This document shows positions 59,897 to 64,000 of a stretch of DNA of 64,000 nucleotides, in pieces (positions within the stretch are counted from its first letter, which is position 1; every line of letters begins with the position of its first letter). Source of the DNA: Candidatus Krumholzibacteriota bacterium (GTDB taxonomy: Bacteria > Krumholzibacteriota > Krumholzibacteriia > JAJRXK01); assembly GCA_963806035.1 (NCBI GenBank), contig CAWDWO010000024.1:1-64000 (forward strand), in the 5' to 3' direction. The notes under the pieces are model-generated. The model ran no database searches and was not told the origin of the DNA. It worked only from the letters and a program-made list of their open reading frames with translations. Both the position numbers and the translations under genes were made by a program.

Positions 59897-60209
59897 GGAC
59901 TACGCTCCCATCGTTACCGATTTCCAGGAAACGGGGGATCGATGAGGTCCTGTCTACGCCCGCTGATGCCTGCTGGTTTTCCACGCCTACCCCTCGTGCT
60001 ACCACTTGAGGGATATCCTCGGTCTACTTCACTGCAGATTGCATCGGCTGAACTCTCCGCCGGCTCCCTCACGCTCGAGCCCAAGCTCCTGGCTCACGGG
60101 GCCGGTGCAATTTCACTGCATCAAACCTGAAGGGTCTCCTGCGGCACATTCTGGTGACCAGCCGCGAGAGTCGCGCAGTGTTCTGATCAAAAACCTCAAG
60201 GAGACGACC

Positions 60210-62111
60210 ATGTCCCTGCGAGCCGCATTGCGTGCCGGCGCACTGGTCGCGTTGGCGCTGAGTTTTCTCATCTCGTGCAGCGACAATCCGGTGTCAACGG
60301 AAGTCGAAACCTCGTTCTGGGAGGCCTGGTCGAATCCCTCCGAGCCGGTTACCCCTTCCTACTATCTGAACTCCATATGGGGAAATGGTGAGGGTGACGT
60401 GTATGCGGTCGGATGGAGAGACATGGTCTTGCACTATGACGGGCAAGAGTGGGAAAGCCTGCGATCTCTGGGGAGCACGAGTGCCAACTTGAACGGGATC
60501 TGGGGCGACGCGGTTGGCAATCTGTACGTGGTGGGCAACGAGGGGAGGATTCTGCACTACGACGGATTCGACTGGACGAGCATGGACAGCGGAACCTCCG
60601 CGGACTTATCAGCCGTGTGGGGATTGTCGGCGAGAGACGTCTTCGCGGTTGGGGCTGACGGCGTGGTGCTTCACTTCGATGGCGATACCTGGAACTCGAT
60701 CGATAGCGGAACCGACGTGACGCTACACGGCGTCGTAGGGAATGGAATTGTGGTATTCGCAGTCGGTGACGAAGGCACGATTCTGCGGCTCACGCACAAC
60801 GGCGCATTCCAAGTCGCTGAAATTACCACGAACGATTTGTTGAGCATCGGAGGGTGCCTCCAGAGTGGACTCTGTGCGGTGGGAGACGCGGGTACCATTC
60901 TCCGTTACGACGGTTCGAACTGGAAGGCGGAGCGCAGCGGCACTCTACGGGATTTCGTTGCGGTGAGAGGAACCGCAGACGGTCAGCTGATCGTAGCTGG
61001 AGGCAGGACCCTGCTGGTTTCCAATGGCAGCGAATGGGACTCTCTGGACTTGAGTGAAGGGGATTTCCAGTACGACTCTCAGGGATTCATCGGGGTCTGG
61101 GGAAGCTCACTCCAGGACATGTTTCTGCTGCAGAAGGACTCCATCGTGCATTTTGACGGTGTGACTGCCCATGCGATGGATCTGGAGACATTCCCCACGC
61201 CGGTTCCTCAGGCTTCTTATCAAGACCTTTGGGGGGCTTCGGGAAATTGTGTCTACGCGGTCGGGAAGTCGGAGGTCTTCAAGTACGACGGCTCGGATTG
61301 GAATTCGGTTGGTGGCGGAAGTTGCGACGCAGTGTGGGGGGCTTCCGAGAATCAGGTTTACACGGTGCTCACCGTTTATGTCTCGGAAGGGCCTGGCGGG
61401 GGTGGCGACTGGGGTGAGAGCAACCTGAGTGTCTCGGCGATCGCGCGAATCTACCAGTTCGACGGCGCGCTCTGGACCGAAGAACAATCGTTTGGGGACA
61501 TGACATTCGCGGACATCTGGGGAAGCTCTGGATCCCCTCTCTTCATCGCGGGCGCAGCTGCGGAATTCTATCAAACCACTCGGCCCATAGTCGCGATGGT
61601 ACAGGTCAATCATCCGAGGATTTTCCGCTTTGCCGATGGCGAGTGGAGTGTGAGTTACAGCAGTGATGTTGACGGGCGAGTGAACTGCCTGTGGGGAAGT
61701 TCGGAAAGCGACGTATACGCAGGGGGCTCGGATGGCTTGATCCTGCACTTCGACGGTACGAGCTGGACTTCGATGGAGAGCGGGGTCTCTTCCAGTATCA
61801 GCGGGATCTGGGGCAGTTCCCCCTCTGACGTGTTCGCTGTCGGGGGGAGTGGAATGATCCTCCATTACGACGGGCAGAGCTGGGACGTCATGGAGAGCGG
61901 AGTGGTGGAATGGCTCAACGACATTTGGGGTAGCGCGGCGGACGACGTCTACGCGGTTGGAGCCAACGGGATCATCCTGCATTACGACGGTTCGAGTTGG
62001 GATTTTGAGCCCAGTCCAACCCAAAACCAACTCTACGCAATCTGGGGAAGCGGACCCGACGACATCTTCGTTGTCGGGCAGTATGGCACCGTCCTTCACT
62101 ACGGACAATAA
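60210..62111 (+). CDS. Lipoprotein with tandem beta-propeller repeats (WG-x3-DVYAVG-x2-G-x-ILHYDG-x2-W)
   Basis: AGGAG RBS; lipobox LISC; more than 10 repeat units of ~40 aa. Confidence 0.85.
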   Translation: MSLRAALRAGALVALALSFLISCSDNPVSTEVETSFWEAWSNPSEPVTPSYYLNSIWGNGEGDVYAVGWRDMVLHYDGQEWESLRSLGSTSANLNGIWGDAVGNLYVVGNEGRILHYDGFDWTSMDSGTSADLSAVWGLSARDVFAVGADGVVLHFDGDTWNSIDSGTDVTLHGVVGNGIVVFAVGDEGTILRLTHNGAFQVAEITTNDLLSIGGCLQSGLCAVGDAGTILRYDGSNWKAERSGTLRDFVAVRGTADGQLIVAGGRTLLVSNGSEWDSLDLSEGDFQYDSQGFIGVWGSSLQDMFLLQKDSIVHFDGVTAHAMDLETFPTPVPQASYQDLWGASGNCVYAVGKSEVFKYDGSDWNSVGGGSCDAVWGASENQVYTVLTVYVSEGPGGGGDWGESNLSVSAIARIYQFDGALWTEEQSFGDMTFADIWGSSGSPLFIAGAAAEFYQTTRPIVAMVQVNHPRIFRFADGEWSVSYSSDVDGRVNCLWGSSESDVYAGGSDGLILHFDGTSWTSMESGVSSSISGIWGSSPSDVFAVGGSGMILHYDGQSWDVMESGVVEWLNDIWGSAADDVYAVGANGIILHYDGSSWDFEPSPTQNQLYAIWGSGPDDIFVVGQYGTVLHYGQ

Positions 62112-62128
62112 GCAGGGGAGTGGTACGA

Positions 62129-64000
62129 ATGAGCGAGGGAAGACTCTTGCGGCATGCAATCCGAGTGTTGGCAATGAGTGCCGTCGTACTCTGCACCAGT
62201 TGCAGCAACGACAATAGCGACTCGATCCTTCAGCCTTCCACCCAGCGCGATTACAGCTGGCAGCTGCAGAACCCGTACCTGACGAACAACGATCTACGTG
62301 ATATGTGCTCTGACGGCGCGGGAGGACTCTTTGCCGTTGGTGGGGCAGGCACCGTTGTGCACTATGACGGTGTGACCTGGAGGATCCAACCGTCAGGAAC
62401 GCAAAGGGGATTCGCTGAGGTCGTCGCATTGAGCCCCACAGACGCGTACGCTCTCACCGATAGGCTCGATCTGCTCTATCACTACGATGGGGAGAGCTGG
62501 TCGCTCCACACGCAGCTGACTGCCCAGGCCAAAGGCATTTGGTGTGGCGATTCCGGCGAGATCGTTCTGCTCACCTTCGAAAAGAGCTATCACTTCGACG
62601 GAACCCTTTGGACCGAGCATGGGTGTCCGTTTCGAAATTGTACTGATCCCCGGTACGCCTGCTTGTGTAATGGAATGCAGGGCATGTGGGGAACGGCACC
62701 GGACGATCTGTATGCCTATGGATGTCTAGGTACCATTCTTCACTTCGACGGCTCGGAATGGACCCTCCAGGACACCGGACCCGAATGCACCTCCTGCTCT
62801 CAATACCCCGAGCTCACGAGTATCTGGGGGAGTGGAAGTTCGGATGTCTTCGTGATTGGAAAAGACGGCTACATCGTTCACTACGATGGTTTTGAGTGGA
62901 CCGTCCAGGAGAGCGGCACCTCGGAGGCTCTTCGCGCCATATGGGGCAATGCTGCGGACAACGTCTTCGCGGTGGGAGACTCCGGCATCATTCTCCATTA
63001 TGACGGGATGAGCTGGTCAACACAGCAGAGCGGTACTTCCGAACGTCTTGGGCAGATATGGGGTAGCCAGGATGGAGAGGTGTATGTGTTGGGACAGAAT
63101 CAAACTCTCCTCCAATACGACGGCACGATGTGGAGCGAGGCCCAGCTCGAGCCGAAGAGCGACTTGACCGCCGTTTGCGGCGTGGGACCGAACGATGTGT
63201 TCGGCGTGGGGTATGCCGGAGTGATCCGGCACTTTGACGGATCGTCCTGGTCCCTGGTTACCGAAGGCACTCGCATTCCGTTGTCCGGGATCTGGGGCTG
63301 CGGTGAAACGGACCTCGTGGCCACGGGTGCGCTCGGAACCATTCTCCGCTATGACGGCCATGCCTGGCTCACAGAGTCGTCGGGAACTACGGAGAACCTC
63401 AATCGGGTCTGCGGCACTTCCTGTGATGATATCTACGCGGTCGGCTCAGGTGGAAGAGTATTGCACTACGACGGAGCGTCGTGGACACCCGAATCCGTCC
63501 CCTTCGAGGGTGAGCTTGTGGGCATATGGGCTAGTGATGAGGGGGGCATCACTGTCACTGGCGTGAACGGAACGATGCTTCAGTACGACGGTGCCAATTG
63601 GGTTAAACAGACAATGCCAACTAGCAACGCTCTCATAGGTGTCTGGGGTTCTGCGGATGATGATGTCTTCGCTGTAGGGGACCAGGGCACGATTCTCCAC
63701 AGCGATGGAACGGGTTGGACCTCGATGGAGAGCGGTAGCTCCAGTGTCCTCTACGATGTCTGGGGTACCGCGAACTCGAATGTGTACGCCGCTGGATCCG
63801 GTGGAACTCTCCTTCACTATGATGGAGAGAGCTGGGCTCAGATTGCGGAGATGAATCCCTACGATATGTACGTGGACATCTGGGGATCCGGCGAGAACGA
63901 CATCTTCGTCGTTGGCTATGTGTACGAGCAGAACTTCTATTTCGGTCAGGGCGTCGTCGTGCACTACGACGGCAAATCCTGGACACGAAAAATCATCGGT
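62129..64000 (+). CDS. Paralogous beta-propeller repeat lipoprotein (3' end truncated by the window; absent from the ORF track)
   Basis: MSEGRLLRHAIRVLAMSAVVLCTSC lipoprotein-type signal; repeated HYDG..W units, still in frame at the window end. Confidence 0.85.
   Translation, partial: MSEGRLLRHAIRVLAMSAVVLCTSCSNDNSDSILQPSTQRDYSWQLQNPYLTNNDLRDMCSDGAGGLFAVGGAGTVVHYDGVTWRIQPSGTQRGFAEVVALSPTDAYALTDRLDLLYHYDGESWSLHTQLTAQAKGIWCGDSGEIVLLTFEKSYHFDGTLWTEHGCPFRNCTDPRYACLCNGMQGMWGTAPDDLYAYGCLGTILHFDGSEWTLQDTGPECTSCSQYPELTSIWGSGSSDVFVIGKDGYIVHYDGFEWTVQESGTSEALRAIWGNAADNVFAVGDSGIILHYDGMSWSTQQSGTSERLGQIWGSQDGEVYVLGQNQTLLQYDGTMWSEAQLEPKSDLTAVCGVGPNDVFGVGYAGVIRHFDGSSWSLVTEGTRIPLSGIWGCGETDLVATGALGTILRYDGHAWLTESSGTTENLNRVCGTSCDDIYAVGSGGRVLHYDGASWTPESVPFEGELVGIWASDEGGITVTGVNGTMLQYDGANWVKQTMPTSNALIGVWGSADDDVFAVGDQGTILHSDGTGWTSMESGSSSVLYDVWGTANSNVYAAGSGGTLLHYDGESWAQIAEMNPYDMYVDIWGSGENDIFVVGYVYEQNFYFGQGVVVHYDGKSWTRKIIG

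Overview
This is a gene-dense, GC-rich window from a diderm bacterium. The gene repertoire, and a secreted protein ending in a 'SWxxMKxxFR' tail, suggest the Krumholzibacteriota/Latescibacterota/Eisenbacteria group; this is inference only. In order, the window holds: the 3' end of a nuo operon (nuoH-N); a long co-directional run (sulfatase-like protein, GT-C-like membrane protein, amrA, suhB, NhaC, DUF62 SAM hydrolase, MBL hydrolase, lipoprotein, metH); RNA methyltransferases, lgt and a PIN-PhoH protein; glnA, PhzF, NfeD-slipin and an OMP; a heterodimeric ABC exporter; an orphan ParA with O-antigen ligase, a glycosidase and Wzi; pgeF; a Ser/Thr kinase; and a large DUF222-like HNH protein. The standout locus is at 49-59.8 kb. 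There a qrcABCD menaquinone-reductase operon is bracketed by two Cys-rich GcvH-like proteins that lack the lipoyl lysine, and it opens with an 88-aa membrane protein. All three proteins share an 'xxDGG' motif near the C-terminus. The operon has a candidate sigma54 promoter and converges on a heme-c sensor kinase, archaemetzincin and sigma54 regulator operon. Two beta-propeller lipoprotein paralogs close the window. At least eight genes carry single-base frameshifts, most likely sequencing or assembly errors, and short tandem micro-duplications are unusually frequent. I recognised no rRNA, tRNA, CRISPR array or transposase.
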